Shown here piece by piece: positions 1-9,700 of a stretch of DNA of 64,000 bases; the stretch's first letter is position 1, and each line of letters begins with the position of its first letter. Position numbers and translations under genes: made by a program. The notes under the pieces were generated by a model. The model was not told the DNA's origin and searched no databases. It was given only the letters and a program-made list of their open reading frames with translations. Source of the stretch: Armatimonadota bacterium (GTDB lineage: Bacteria; Armatimonadota; SYMT01); assembly GCA_041690135.1 (NCBI GenBank), contig JAWLHY010000014.1, positions 14,140-78,139 of the forward strand, given 5' to 3'.

Positions 1-1932
1 CGCCGTCTTTCCCGCCGGCACCGCTACCCGGAAGCGGTACTCCGCGGGGGTGCGTTCGAAGGCCTTCTCCGGGCTCACCAGCTTGAAACCAGGCTCGATA
101 GCCTGCTGAACGAGCACAAGCTTCTCCCCGTCCGTCTTATTCCGGAAGGTGTAAGTGCGCACGCTCTGATGTTTCCGGGTAACGTGGAGGACGCCGCTCC
201 GGGCCGTGACGGAGAGGGTCTCGAGTCGGCTGGCTTCCGGACGACGCTCCGCCACCAGGTCGAGGTCCACCGCATAGGAGATCAGCCGCTCTTCTCCCGG
301 ACCCAGGTAAGCAATCTGCGCGTCGCCCGCATAGGTTCCGTCCCGGAACACCGTGATCGGTCCGCCGGCAAGGTGCAGCCCCGAGGTGTTCTTCAACCGG
401 AAACCGTGCAAGGCGTGCTCTTCCTGACCGCTGCCGTCAAAGATGGAGAGGCGCTCGCCTTCGACCGTTTCGCTGATGATCGGAACCATCGCCGCTTTGC
501 CGCGCGCGAGGGTCACCGGCTGGCGGATGGCGTACTCAAACAACTCGCCCTGGCGCACCCCCTGGGCCTGACTTGCCAGCCGGAATTGCTCCTGGTCGAC
601 GAATTCCGGCGGCGGGCCCTGCGCCTCCGGCGTACTTCCCAGCGCCGTGGGACTTTGCTGGCGCGTCTTGATCACGTAGACATCCCCCTCCTTCGACGAC
701 GTCAGTCCCGGAACGGAAGAGGCGGCCTGCCGGATGATGAGCCGGAGCGCCTGCTGGGGAGTAACATCCCGGAGCTGCAGGTCGATGGCGAGGTTCGGAA
801 TGTTCGGATCGACGGAGTACTGCAGTCCGGTACCGGCGAAGAGCCGGGCCAACGCCAGTCGCAGCGGGGTGCCTTGCAGGTTGAGGTTAATGCGGCGTTC
901 GGAGGCGGCCTCCGCGCCGGGATAGGCGGAGACCCCCGACACCCCGCCTCCACCGAAGCCACCCAGACCGCCGAAGCCGCCTCCCGGCGCTTCAGCCGGA
1001 GCAACCGCCGCCTCTCGTTCCAGCACTTCCCCGTATGTCTGGGGTAAAGGTGAGCCGACGACCTGTGCCTGGATCACGGGGCGGGGCACGAACAGCGGCT
1101 GGTAAAGCTCCTGAATGAAGCTGATCGGGCGACCGGAGACCAGTCCCAGGTGGACCTCCTTCCAGTCTTCGTCGGTCGTGTTCTCGACCTGCGCCCACCC
1201 CTGGAGATACGGTTTCTCGTTTCCGAGGACCAGGCGATAACTGGTCTTCCAGATCGGCATCTCCTGAAGGTAGGCCGCCCGCACTTCGCGGGGGGCATTT
1301 CCGGTGAACCGGAGCTCCACCCGCTTCCGCTGGTCGTCCAGGCCGGTCGCCAGCGCTTCCAGGCTCTCTCGCAACTCGCGATCGAGGGTCTCGTCCAACA
1401 GCCGGATCTGCGTGACCTGCTCCAGAGGGACCGCACGCAGACCCCCTTCGGTCAGTACATTCAACACCTCCGCCTGGAGCACCCCGGTGTCCTTTACGGG
1501 AACGGTCTTCAAACTCACGCTGACGATTCGTCCTTCCACCCCCTCCGCTCCCGTCTCCAGCCGGACCCGCGCACCCTGGAACCGGCGGAGCAGCACGCCG
1601 AGGCTCACCGTCCCGTCGATTCCCCGCCCAATCCCGTACAGGCGCCGCACGTGGGCATCCCGAGTGGTGTACGTCACGGGACGGACGGAGCCCTGAGGAT
1701 CGAAAAGGACCAGCGACTTGAGGATGTCGTTGATCTGTTCCGCGCGGAAACTGAGCTCCACCGCGGCATTGCCCTGTATCTGGGCGCTGCGTTCGAAGAA
1801 CCCGACTCCGCTGTTGAACAGGACCACTCGCTTCAGCGGAATGGCTTCATTCGCGTTCTGGGCCGTCGCAGACCCGGCGAGGGCGATCGCCCCCAGGGCC
1901 AGTAGGGAAAGGGGAACCGTTCGTGGCTGCAT
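1..1932 (-). CDS. DUF4139-family secreted protein with an internal STN-like insert (3' end runs off the window)
   Basis: Not in the ORF track; translated by hand from ATG 1932 (GAGGAG upstream). Signal peptide MQPRTVPLSLLALGAIALAGSATAQ, then LKRVVLFNSGVGFFER, INDILKSL, PIWKTSYRL, QGWAQVENTTDEDW, GELFEYAIRQPVTL, ISYAVDLD. The frame stays open to position 1. Confidence 0.85.
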   Translation of the reverse strand, partial: MQPRTVPLSLLALGAIALAGSATAQNANEAIPLKRVVLFNSGVGFFERSAQIQGNAAVELSFRAEQINDILKSLVLFDPQGSVRPVTYTTRDAHVRRLYGIGRGIDGTVSLGVLLRRFQGARVRLETGAEGVEGRIVSVSLKTVPVKDTGVLQAEVLNVLTEGGLRAVPLEQVTQIRLLDETLDRELRESLEALATGLDDQRKRVELRFTGNAPREVRAAYLQEMPIWKTSYRLVLGNEKPYLQGWAQVENTTDEDWKEVHLGLVSGRPISFIQELYQPLFVPRPVIQAQVVGSPLPQTYGEVLEREAAVAPAEAPGGGFGGLGGFGGGGVSGVSAYPGAEAASERRINLNLQGTPLRLALARLFAGTGLQYSVDPNIPNLAIDLQLRDVTPQQALRLIIRQAASSVPGLTSSKEGDVYVIKTRQQSPTALGSTPEAQGPPPEFVDQEQFRLASQAQGVRQGELFEYAIRQPVTLARGKAAMVPIISETVEGERLSIFDGSGQEEHALHGFRLKNTSGLHLAGGPITVFRDGTYAGDAQIAYLGPGEERLISYAVDLDLVAERRPEASRLETLSVTARSGVLHVTRKHQSVRTYTFRNKTDGEKLVLVQQAIEPGFKLVSPEKAFERTPAEYRFRVAVPAGKTA

Positions 1933-2116
1933 GGCACTCGCTCCTCACAGGTCTCCACCCGGCAGGCAATGAGCCGGATTGTCGCCAGTTAGAAGCGTTG
2001 GGGAGCTGAATAGTTGCCCGAACCCCACCGGCGATACGATAAGGAAGCCTGGACATAGACGCGCGGCCTGACCGGTGACGGCGGCCTTGGGTCCCGGCGA
2101 AAACGGGAGACACGGT

Positions 2117-2623
2117 TTGGCGGCGGGAGTGGACAACGGGAGTCCGGCAGGCGGCGCGACGGTATTGAAGCAGAGCCCGGCCCTTTACTGGCTGTTCTGG
2201 GCCGGGCCACCGCTGCTGCTGATGGCGGTCATCTTTGCCTCGGGAGGGGACCGGGGTGCTTCCGGCGAGACCCAGGGGATGATCGCCTCGCTGTTGGGCC
2301 GGCTCGCTCCCTGGCTCCAGGCCCGGCTCTCCGCCTCGGAACTGGAGCTTATCAACGTGGTGTTCCGGAAGTCGGTCCACTTCGGGGTGTATGGGGTGCT
2401 GGCCCTGCTGGACGCGCGGGCGCTCTACGGGGCGCTCGGGGTATTCACCCGGCGGGAGGCCGGGATCAGCTTCGCCGCGGCGGTCGGCTGGGCCGCCGTG
2501 GATGAGTTCCAGCAGTCCTTCTACCCCAGCCGCGGCGGTAGTCCCTATGATGTACTTCTCGATGCGACCGGCGCGGTAGCCGGCGTGCTGACCTACCTCT
2601 ACTGGATCCGGCGGTCCTCATGA
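2117..2623 (+). CDS. VanZ-like family membrane protein
   Basis: RKSVHFGVYGVL and DEFQQSFYPSRGGSPYDVLLD motifs with several TM segments. Start uncertain (TTG 2117 or GTG 2129). Confidence 0.85.
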   Translation: MAAGVDNGSPAGGATVLKQSPALYWLFWAGPPLLLMAVIFASGGDRGASGETQGMIASLLGRLAPWLQARLSASELELINVVFRKSVHFGVYGVLALLDARALYGALGVFTRREAGISFAAAVGWAAVDEFQQSFYPSRGGSPYDVLLDATGAVAGVLTYLYWIRRSS

Positions 2624-3402
2624 AACACCTGATCTCCCGAAGCGTGGCCCCCATGCACCTCCGGCCGGATGCCTGCACCGAGCAGGTATCCCAGGCTCTC
2701 CTGGGAATGCCGGTGGAGGTGCAGGCGCAGGATGGGAACTGGTCGCGGGTGCGCACCCCGGACGGGTACGAGGGCTGGGTGGAAGTGGGGAGTTACACCC
2801 AGCCGCCCGCTGCCTGGGAGGGGCCCTGGGGCGAGATCGAGGAGCTGTGGGCCAACCTCCGGCCGGAAGCGGACTACCGTCTGGCGGCACACGTCCACGC
2901 CCCCATCGGGGTTCGGCTTCACCTGGTGGAGCGGGACGAGAAATGGACCGGTCTCCGTCTTCCGGACGGCCGGACCCTCTGGACCGAGTCGCATCGCGTT
3001 CGCGTGGTGGACCGCGACCCCCTCCGTCCCGCCTCTCCCCGCGCGCTGGCCCGCACCGCCCGCCGGTTTCTGGGCGTGCCCTATCTCTGGGGCGGCTGTT
3101 CGCCCCTGGGGATCGATTGCTCCGGGTTCGTCCAGCTCGTGATGCGCCTGCACGGCATCGAGCTACTCCGGGATGCCTACCTCCAGGGCGAGCAGGGGAA
3201 CCCGGTCGAGCGGCCCGGCGCCGCGGATCTCGTCTTCTTCGGTCCGGCCGACGGGGCGGACCGGATCACCCACGTCGGGATGATGCTGGACGAACGCCGG
3301 TTCATCCACGCCAAGGGCAGCGAGTGCGTGCGGATCGACGTGCTGGAGACGCACCGCGCCCACACCTTCCGCTTCGCGCGGCGTGTGCTTCCACGAGGTT
3401 AG
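2620..3402 (+). CDS. SH3 + NlpC/P60 (C40) peptidase, YkfC/dipeptidyl-peptidase VI-like
   Basis: Two SH3b-like segments (SQALLG...DGYEGWV), then FLGVPYLWGG, DCSG, HVGM, FIHA. ATGA overlap with the upstream gene. Confidence 0.9.
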   Translation: MKHLISRSVAPMHLRPDACTEQVSQALLGMPVEVQAQDGNWSRVRTPDGYEGWVEVGSYTQPPAAWEGPWGEIEELWANLRPEADYRLAAHVHAPIGVRLHLVERDEKWTGLRLPDGRTLWTESHRVRVVDRDPLRPASPRALARTARRFLGVPYLWGGCSPLGIDCSGFVQLVMRLHGIELLRDAYLQGEQGNPVERPGAADLVFFGPADGADRITHVGMMLDERRFIHAKGSECVRIDVLETHRAHTFRFARRVLPRG

Positions 3403-3403
3403 C

Positions 3404-3790
3404 GTGCCGGTCGAGATCGAGGGTTTCACCGGCGAGGAACTGCTGGCGCTGCCGGATGAGGAGGTGGCCGCGCTGCTCTTCTGCGGAGAGCCGGTGCTCT
3501 TCCGGGTCGGGACCGCCGAGGTTCTGGGGGAATTCCGGTGCGACGCGGAGACCCTCACCGTGGAGCTCGCGCAGATCGAGGGCGGTGGGGAGGGCGTGCT
3601 GCTTACCCTCTGGAGTCTCGCCCGGAAATATGCGGCGCAGCGGGGCCTCCGGCGAGTGGAGTGGATCGTCCACGCCCTGACGTGTCTCCGGCCGAACCCC
3701 AGGCTGCGGCCGGTGCTGGAACGCCGGGGCTTCACCATCCAGGAAGTTCCCGGTCGCGGCTCCGTCTACCGCTATGTCGACGAGCTCTGA
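3404..3790 (+). CDS. hypothetical protein, possibly GNAT-like fold
   Basis: GTG 1 nt after the previous stop, with GAGG upstream. GGGEGV...[13 protein letters not shown] resembles the C-terminal half of a GNAT domain. Confidence 0.6.
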   Translation: MPVEIEGFTGEELLALPDEEVAALLFCGEPVLFRVGTAEVLGEFRCDAETLTVELAQIEGGGEGVLLTLWSLARKYAAQRGLRRVEWIVHALTCLRPNPRLRPVLERRGFTIQEVPGRGSVYRYVDEL

Positions 3791-4224
3791 GCCGCGTCTC
3801 CCCCGGCCAGTTCCTCTTTCAACTCCCGTTCCCGGCGCTGCAGATAACGCGTTACCGGACGCGTGACCCTTATATAGAGGATCAGCATCAGAACGAACAC
3901 GCCGACATAGCGCAGGAGCCAGAGCGGCAGCCACCACGGGCTGTCCGCAGGTAACCCGAGCTCCGTCTCCCTCACCAACTGCAGTAAGGGCCCAAACAGA
4001 GCCACCATCAGCCCACCACCCAGGCCCGGCACCAGCATCTGCAGGCCTTCCATCCGGCGCAGTGCCGTTTGCACTTCGGCTCTATGTCTCTCCCGCCAGG
4101 CGTGATCCTCGGCCCGTGCATGCTCCAGGGCCTGTGCCGCGGCCGGTTCGGATGGGTTGGCTCCCGTAACCGAATGCAGCCCATCCGTGGCGCTCAACTC
4201 GATTGGGTCTTGGGAAAGGTGCAT
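3772..4224 (-). CDS. hypothetical 2-TM protein, paralogue of 48282-48719 and 48780-49244
   Basis: LEHARAEDHAWR motif, two hydrophobic segments, C-terminal LKEELA. Confidence 0.7.
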   Translation of the reverse strand: MHLSQDPIELSATDGLHSVTGANPSEPAAAQALEHARAEDHAWRERHRAEVQTALRRMEGLQMLVPGLGGGLMVALFGPLLQLVRETELGLPADSPWWLPLWLLRYVGVFVLMLILYIRVTRPVTRYLQRRERELKEELAGGDAAQSSST

Positions 4225-4328
4225 GGTTCCACGTGCAAAGGGTCTGTGCTTACCATTCCTCTCCCGGACCGCCGCCACCTGCCCGGAATGGGTAGGATCA
4301 ACTGGAACGCATACCGGGGGGAAGTGTT

Positions 4329-5195
4329 GTGGAGATCCATCCCGTTCTGGACCTGATCGGCGGCCCGCTGCTGGGCGCCTTGTTCCTACTGCTGCTCTGG
4401 CGGGAGCGGAAGCGGCCCCTGCGGCAGCGGGTCCAGGGGTGGTGGGACCGCCTGCTGATCAATGGCGGAATAGCAGCGACCGCGGCCCTGACGGTGCGGT
4501 TGACGGTGATTCCGGTCGTGGTGGCCGTGGCACACTGGGCGGAGCGCGCGGATTTCGGCCTCGTCCGCTGGCTGCCGCTCTCCGAGCCGGTGCAGTGGGG
4601 TCTTGCTTTTCTGCTGCTGGATTACACCGTCTACATATGGCACCGGCTGAATCACGTGGTGCCGTTCCTCTGGCGTTTCCACCACGTGCACCACACCGAC
4701 CTGGACCTGGACGTGTCGACCGCCTTCCGTTTCCACTTCGGAGAGCTGCTGCTGTCGGTGATCTGGCGTTCGGCGCAGGTGGCGTTGATCGGTGTCCCGG
4801 TGCTGCTGGCGCTCCTGTTCGAGGTCGTCCTGGAAGGCGCGACCGAGTTCCACCACAGCAACTGGCGCCTGCCGGTCATGTGGGAGCGGCGCCTCGCCTG
4901 GGTCTTCGTGACGCCCCGGATGCACGGGATCCACCACTCCATCGTGGAGCGGGAGACGAACTCGAATTGGTCGGTCATCTTCTCCGCGTGGGACCGCCTC
5001 CACCGCACCCTCCGGCTGGATATTCCCCAACACCAGATTGTGATCGGCGTACCGGCCTACCGCGATCCTCAGGAGCTCGGCTTTCTCAGCCTGCTGCGCA
5101 TGCCGTTCCGTCGCCAGCGCCCCACCTGGGTACTCCCCTCCGGCGCCCAGCCGGAACGGGAACCCGCCGGGGAGACGGACCGCATGGCCGCCTGA
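4329..5195 (+). CDS. sterol desaturase / fatty acid hydroxylase family protein
   Basis: His boxes WHRLNH, FHHVHH, FHH, HGIHH; NSNWS...WDRL; TM segments. Confidence 0.9.
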   Translation: MEIHPVLDLIGGPLLGALFLLLLWRERKRPLRQRVQGWWDRLLINGGIAATAALTVRLTVIPVVVAVAHWAERADFGLVRWLPLSEPVQWGLAFLLLDYTVYIWHRLNHVVPFLWRFHHVHHTDLDLDVSTAFRFHFGELLLSVIWRSAQVALIGVPVLLALLFEVVLEGATEFHHSNWRLPVMWERRLAWVFVTPRMHGIHHSIVERETNSNWSVIFSAWDRLHRTLRLDIPQHQIVIGVPAYRDPQELGFLSLLRMPFRRQRPTWVLPSGAQPEREPAGETDRMAA

Positions 5196-5223
5196 TCTTA
5201 CCGGCCGGATTAGATCCTCCACG

Positions 5224-5691
5224 CCCCGGCCTTGAATGGCCGGGCTCTAGTAATGCACGTTGCCCACCTCGGTGGGCACTCGTTCCGTATTCAAAGTGGC
5301 GGCTGGACTTTTGGTTGGGGTGGGGGGGCGTGTGTGCCTGTCAGGATGATTTGTGCGTGGAACGTGCCCGCGGCGGCGGGGACGGTGCGGTTCCGGAGCG
5401 CGGAGGTTTAGCTCCGCGTGGTTCGGGTGCCGTGCCGGCTCCGCCCCGGCTCCGCCCCGGCCCTGAACGGCCGGGCTCTGGAACTGCATGCTGCCCACCT
5501 CCGTGGGCGCCCGGTGGGTGTTCAGGACGGCGGGTTGGAGATCGGAACATGCGGGAGGGGCGTGGCCGAGCAACCGGATTATTGCGCAGCACATGGGCGT
5601 GCGACGTGCCCGCGGCGGTTTACGCCCCGAGGGGGTGCGGGGACCGTGCGGTTCCGGAGCGCGGAGGTTGAGCTCCGCGCGATCCGGGTGC
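5224..5691. repeat. tandem pair of composite REP-like palindromic units (BIME-like)
   Basis: GCCCCGGCC-TGAA-GGCCGGGCTCT and CCCACCTC(G/C)GTGGG at 5224 and 5454; GTGCCCGCGGCGG...TTCCGGAGCGCGGAGGTT-AGCTCCGCG at 5364 and 5606. Confidence 0.75.
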
Positions 5692-5731
5692 CCGCCGTGC
5701 TGTTTCTGATCTCCTGGCAGGCTTCCACCTT

Positions 5732-5950
5732 CTATGGTGGACCGACCCCAAAGGTTCTACGGACGGTCTCCGTGGTCTCCGCCTCCTGCCGGTTCAGGCG
5801 CACGCCGTTATCGACGAGCAGGGAGGCTTCCAGGGGATCTCGGGTGCGTTCCAAACGCTCCGCGAGCTTTCGCTCCCGGTACTGCCGCAGCCACGGAACC
5901 ACGAACACCAGTACCACCACGCCCGCGAACAACGCCAGGTCAACCAACAT
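5732..5950 (-). CDS. small single-TM hypothetical protein
   Basis: GGAGGAGG before ATG 5950; N-terminal TM followed by a basic stretch. Confidence 0.55.
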   Translation of the reverse strand: MLVDLALFAGVVVLVFVVPWLRQYRERKLAERLERTRDPLEASLLVDNGVRLNRQEAETTETVRRTFGVGPP

Positions 5951-5994
5951 CGCCTCCTCCATTCGAAACTTTTTGCTTCAAACGGAGTTCTGGC

Positions 5995-6453
5995 TCAAGG
6001 GTTGCGCGCGGAAAGCCGCCCAGGTCGTTTGCGTTGTTTTCGCTGGTTGTTTCTTGCGGCGCGAAGAAGCTCAAAGATCCGGACCCCTTCCGGGTCCTTG
6101 CGGCGGGCCGCGTCATCAAGGGCGGTAACTCCCATGAATCCGGGAAGGGCCGGATCGGCGCCGGCCTCAATCAGGATCTTCGCTACCTCGTAAGTGCAAT
6201 CAGAGGCCACATCGCCCAGGGGAGTTGGCCCATAGGGTGGATTCTCCTGGGCGTTTACGTCGGCGCCGGCCGCCAGGAGGCGGCGCATCACCTCGACCTG
6301 TCCGGCATCCGCTGCGAGGTGCAGCGGCGTCCGTCGCAGAGAGTCGAATTGGTGCACGGAGTCCCCAGCGGTCAGGAATTCCTCCACCTTCCGGAGGTTC
6401 CCCGCCGCTGCGGCCTCATGTAGGCGCTCACTGGAATGTCGGTCTCCACTCAT
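5995..6453 (-). CDS. ankyrin repeat protein
   Basis: LHEAAAAGN, TPLHLAADAGQVEVMRRLLAAGADVN, TPLGDVA, TALDDAA. Confidence 0.9.
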   Translation of the reverse strand: MSGDRHSSERLHEAAAAGNLRKVEEFLTAGDSVHQFDSLRRTPLHLAADAGQVEVMRRLLAAGADVNAQENPPYGPTPLGDVASDCTYEVAKILIEAGADPALPGFMGVTALDDAARRKDPEGVRIFELLRAARNNQRKQRKRPGRLSARNP

Positions 6454-6755
6454 CTCAATACCCGACTGTCACTCGCGCTCAGCGCCATGCATGAGCGCGA
6501 TACACCTGGATTGCACCATGCCCGTAACAGGCACCCCGCGGTCAGGTCAGGTAACGGTCCACCGAAGGAAGTTACCGCGACCAACACTGGCTTGCCGTGA
6601 TCGGAGACAGGATCGTTATTCCACAGGTTCGTACTTTGCCCAACGGGCATCACCCACGAGTGGGTACCCGCCCTGTGCTACCTTCCGTCATCCATTTCTC
6701 TCCGTGGGATTCTCCGTGTCTCTGTGTCTCCGTGGTAAGATCCCGGTCCCGAAAG

Positions 6756-9700
6756 TCAGTTTGCTTTGCCGGCGACGCGGGGGAGCTTCTGGAGGATCAC
6801 CTCAACGGCCTTCTCCAACTGGGGGTCCCGGCCCGCCTGAATGGCCATGGGATCGTAGGGTACGGGGATGTCTGGCTGGCGGCCGCGGAGGTCCATATCC
6901 TCCCCGGAGGCGGTGAAGACGCCGGCGTTCGGCAGGCGAATGGTGCCGCCGTCCAGGAAGGTCCAGCCGGTGGTGGCGATCACCGCGCCCATGGTCGGAA
7001 CGCCGACGCAAGGGCCGATCCCCAGCGAACGGAAGCCCTCCGCCATCATCTCGGAGTTGCTGGCGGAGTCCTGGTTGATGAGCAGGGCGGCCGGCTTGCC
7101 CCACAGGTAGTCCGGGTACCAGTCGGAGATCACTTCCTGGCCCAGGGAGCGCGGCACGAACTTCACGTAGGGCTTCTTGCGCAGGATGTCCAGCAGCCGG
7201 TGGGCCACGTTCCCGCCGCCGTTGTACCGCACGTCGACCAGCATCCCGTCCTTGCCGGTGCCCTCGCTGATCAGCTCCTCTTTGAACTTGAGCTCCGAAG
7301 GCCGGTTCATCCCTTCGATGTGGAGGTAGGCAATCCGCCCGCCGCTGAGGTCGCGCACGAGCCGGCGGCGCTCCCGCACCCAGGCGTGGTACTCCAGGTC
7401 GCTGCCCGCGTTGGGCGCCAGCGGCTTGAGGGCCACCTCGCGGGCGCCGTCGGGGGTCGGCTGGGCATTGACCGTAAGCACGACCTTCTTCCCGGCCATC
7501 CGGTCCAGCAGCTCGTCGAAGGTGACCTTCTGGCCCAATGCCTGGCCGTTGACCGCCAGGACGTACTCGCCGGGGCTAAGGCGGCTCCATTTGGATTCGG
7601 CGGGACTGCCGGGGGTGACCCGCGCGATCCGGTACTTCCCTTCGCGATCCAGGGTCGCCCAGTCGGGTTCGATCCCGAGGTAGGCCGTGCTGGTGGAGGT
7701 GGGCGCGCTGTAATCGGAGGGACCGCTCACCCCCAGGTGGCTGCCGCGCAGCTCCTGGACCATCTCGGCCATCAGGTCGTAGAGGTCGTCCTTGTAGGGC
7801 GCGTGGGGGAGCAGCGCCTCGTACTTGGCCCGCACCGCTTTCCAGTCCACCCCGTTGAGCCGCTCGTTGTAGAAGGTGCGGTCCATCAGCCACCAGGCCT
7901 CGCTGAAGACCTGCCGGTTATCGGCCGCCAGGTCGATCTCCACGGTGGCCTTGAAGGAGGTGGTGCGCCGATCCCGCGCCGCCAGCCCCACCGACTGCAC
8001 CTGTCCGCCGCTGAAGAAGAAGACCCGGCTGCCGTCGCGCGGGAGTTCTACTCCGTTAGCGTTGTCCGCGAAGGCGGCGCCGGAGCCGTTCTCTTCGGTC
8101 GCGGAGATCATCCGGATCCCGCCGCCCGTGTCCAACAGAAAGGCGCTGCCGTTCGGGTGGAGCACCGCGTCGCTGACGCCGCCCGTGGAGGTCACCCGGC
8201 GGAGGCGCTCCTGCACGTGGTCCCAGGCGATGTTCACCACCGGCGGTCCGGCCGCGACCTGGGTCGCCTGCCGCGGTTGGTCGAGCCGGTCGAGGGCATC
8301 CTCCTCGAACTCCGGCTTCGGTTCTTCCCCCAGATCGACGGCGTAGAGGTTGCGGCTATCGACCGCGATGGCGGTGAAGTAAAGCATGTCGGCGCGGGGC
8401 GACCAGCGCGGCGTGCCCGCGTCCCGGAAGAAGCGGGTCGCGCGGCGCGGCTGGGGGTCCTCGACGGAGGCCACGTACACGGCGTCCTCGAGCTGCGAGC
8501 CCGTCATCTTGAAGGCGAGGCTCTTGTTGTCCGGCGCCCAGCTAAACCGGGGGGAACTCCCGCGGGCTACCTCGTAGAAGCTCCCCGAGATGGTGGCCGC
8601 GGGATCTCCGCCGTCGGCCGGGATCACCACCAGGCTCTTCTCGCCCCGGTGGAAGGCGATCCACTTTCCGTCGGGGGAGGGCTGACCGTAAAACTCATCT
8701 TCCGGGGTGACCGCCAGCGCCTTCCGGTCCGAGCCGTCGATGCCGATGCGGAAGAGGTCCTTCTGCCCGTTCACGTCCGAGGTGAAGAGAAGCGTCTTGC
8801 TGTCCGGCATCCAGGCGACGTGGCTCTCACGGCTCGCGCCTCCCGCCAGCCGCCGCGCCGTACCGCCGCTGGCGGGGACCACGAACAGGTCGCCGCGCAC
8901 GATCAGGGCCACCTTGCGCCCGTCCGGGGAGACGGTGTACTCCGTCGGGTTCGCGGTGATGGTCGTCTCGGAGGTCAGGTTCCGGCGCTCGTCGGTCCGC
9001 ACCTCGATCGGCACGGCGGCGGACTTGCCGCTCTTCAGGTCGAGGAGCCAGATCTCGGAGTTGTACTCGTAGGCGATCTTCTCGCCCAGGGGGGCATAGC
9101 TCGGAATACGCGCCCCGTCGGTGGTGTGGAAGGTCAACTGCCGCTGGGCGCCGCCCTTCAGGTCCATGCTCCAGAGGTTGACCTGCCCCTTGCGATCGGA
9201 GACGTAGTAGATCCGGCTGCCGTCGCGGGAGAAGAAGGGCCGGAAATCGTCCGAGGGGTTCGTGGTGATCCGCTGGAGATTGGAGAAGGGCGTGGTGAAG
9301 TCCGCCACCCACACGTCCGCGTTGTAACTGCCCACGTAGCCCCGCCGCCGCCAGCTTCCGGGGCTGGAGTTGTGGTTGAAGAGGATGCGGCGACCGTCCG
9401 GCGAGACGTCGCCGAAGTACTCCCGCTCGTGGCGGTCCCAGGTCAGCCGGATCGGCTCCCCGCCGTTCGTCCGCACCTTGTAGATGTCCGTGGACCCGTA
9501 GGCCCCGCCGTAGAAGAGCACCCACTGCCCGTCCGGCGTGAACCCACTGGGGAACTCCGAGCTGCTATGGAAGGTCAGCCGCCGCGCGGGTCCCCCTTCG
9601 GCGGGCATCAGGAACAGGTCGTAGCCACCGTGCCGGTTGGAAGAGAAGAGGATCGACTTACCGTCCGGGCTGTAGGTCGGCTGCACTTCCCGCGCGATGT

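Noticed and set aside
169-1905. Plus-strand ORFs 169-1047 and 1150-1905
   Set aside because: Antisense to the DUF4139 gene, which the track omits because it has no stop in the window.
2117-2623. Glycopeptide resistance locus
   Set aside because: VanZ-like proteins are widespread and no other van genes are present.
6450-6700. Small ORF or toxin remnant upstream of the ankyrin gene
   Set aside because: No recognisable motif in the frames I translated.
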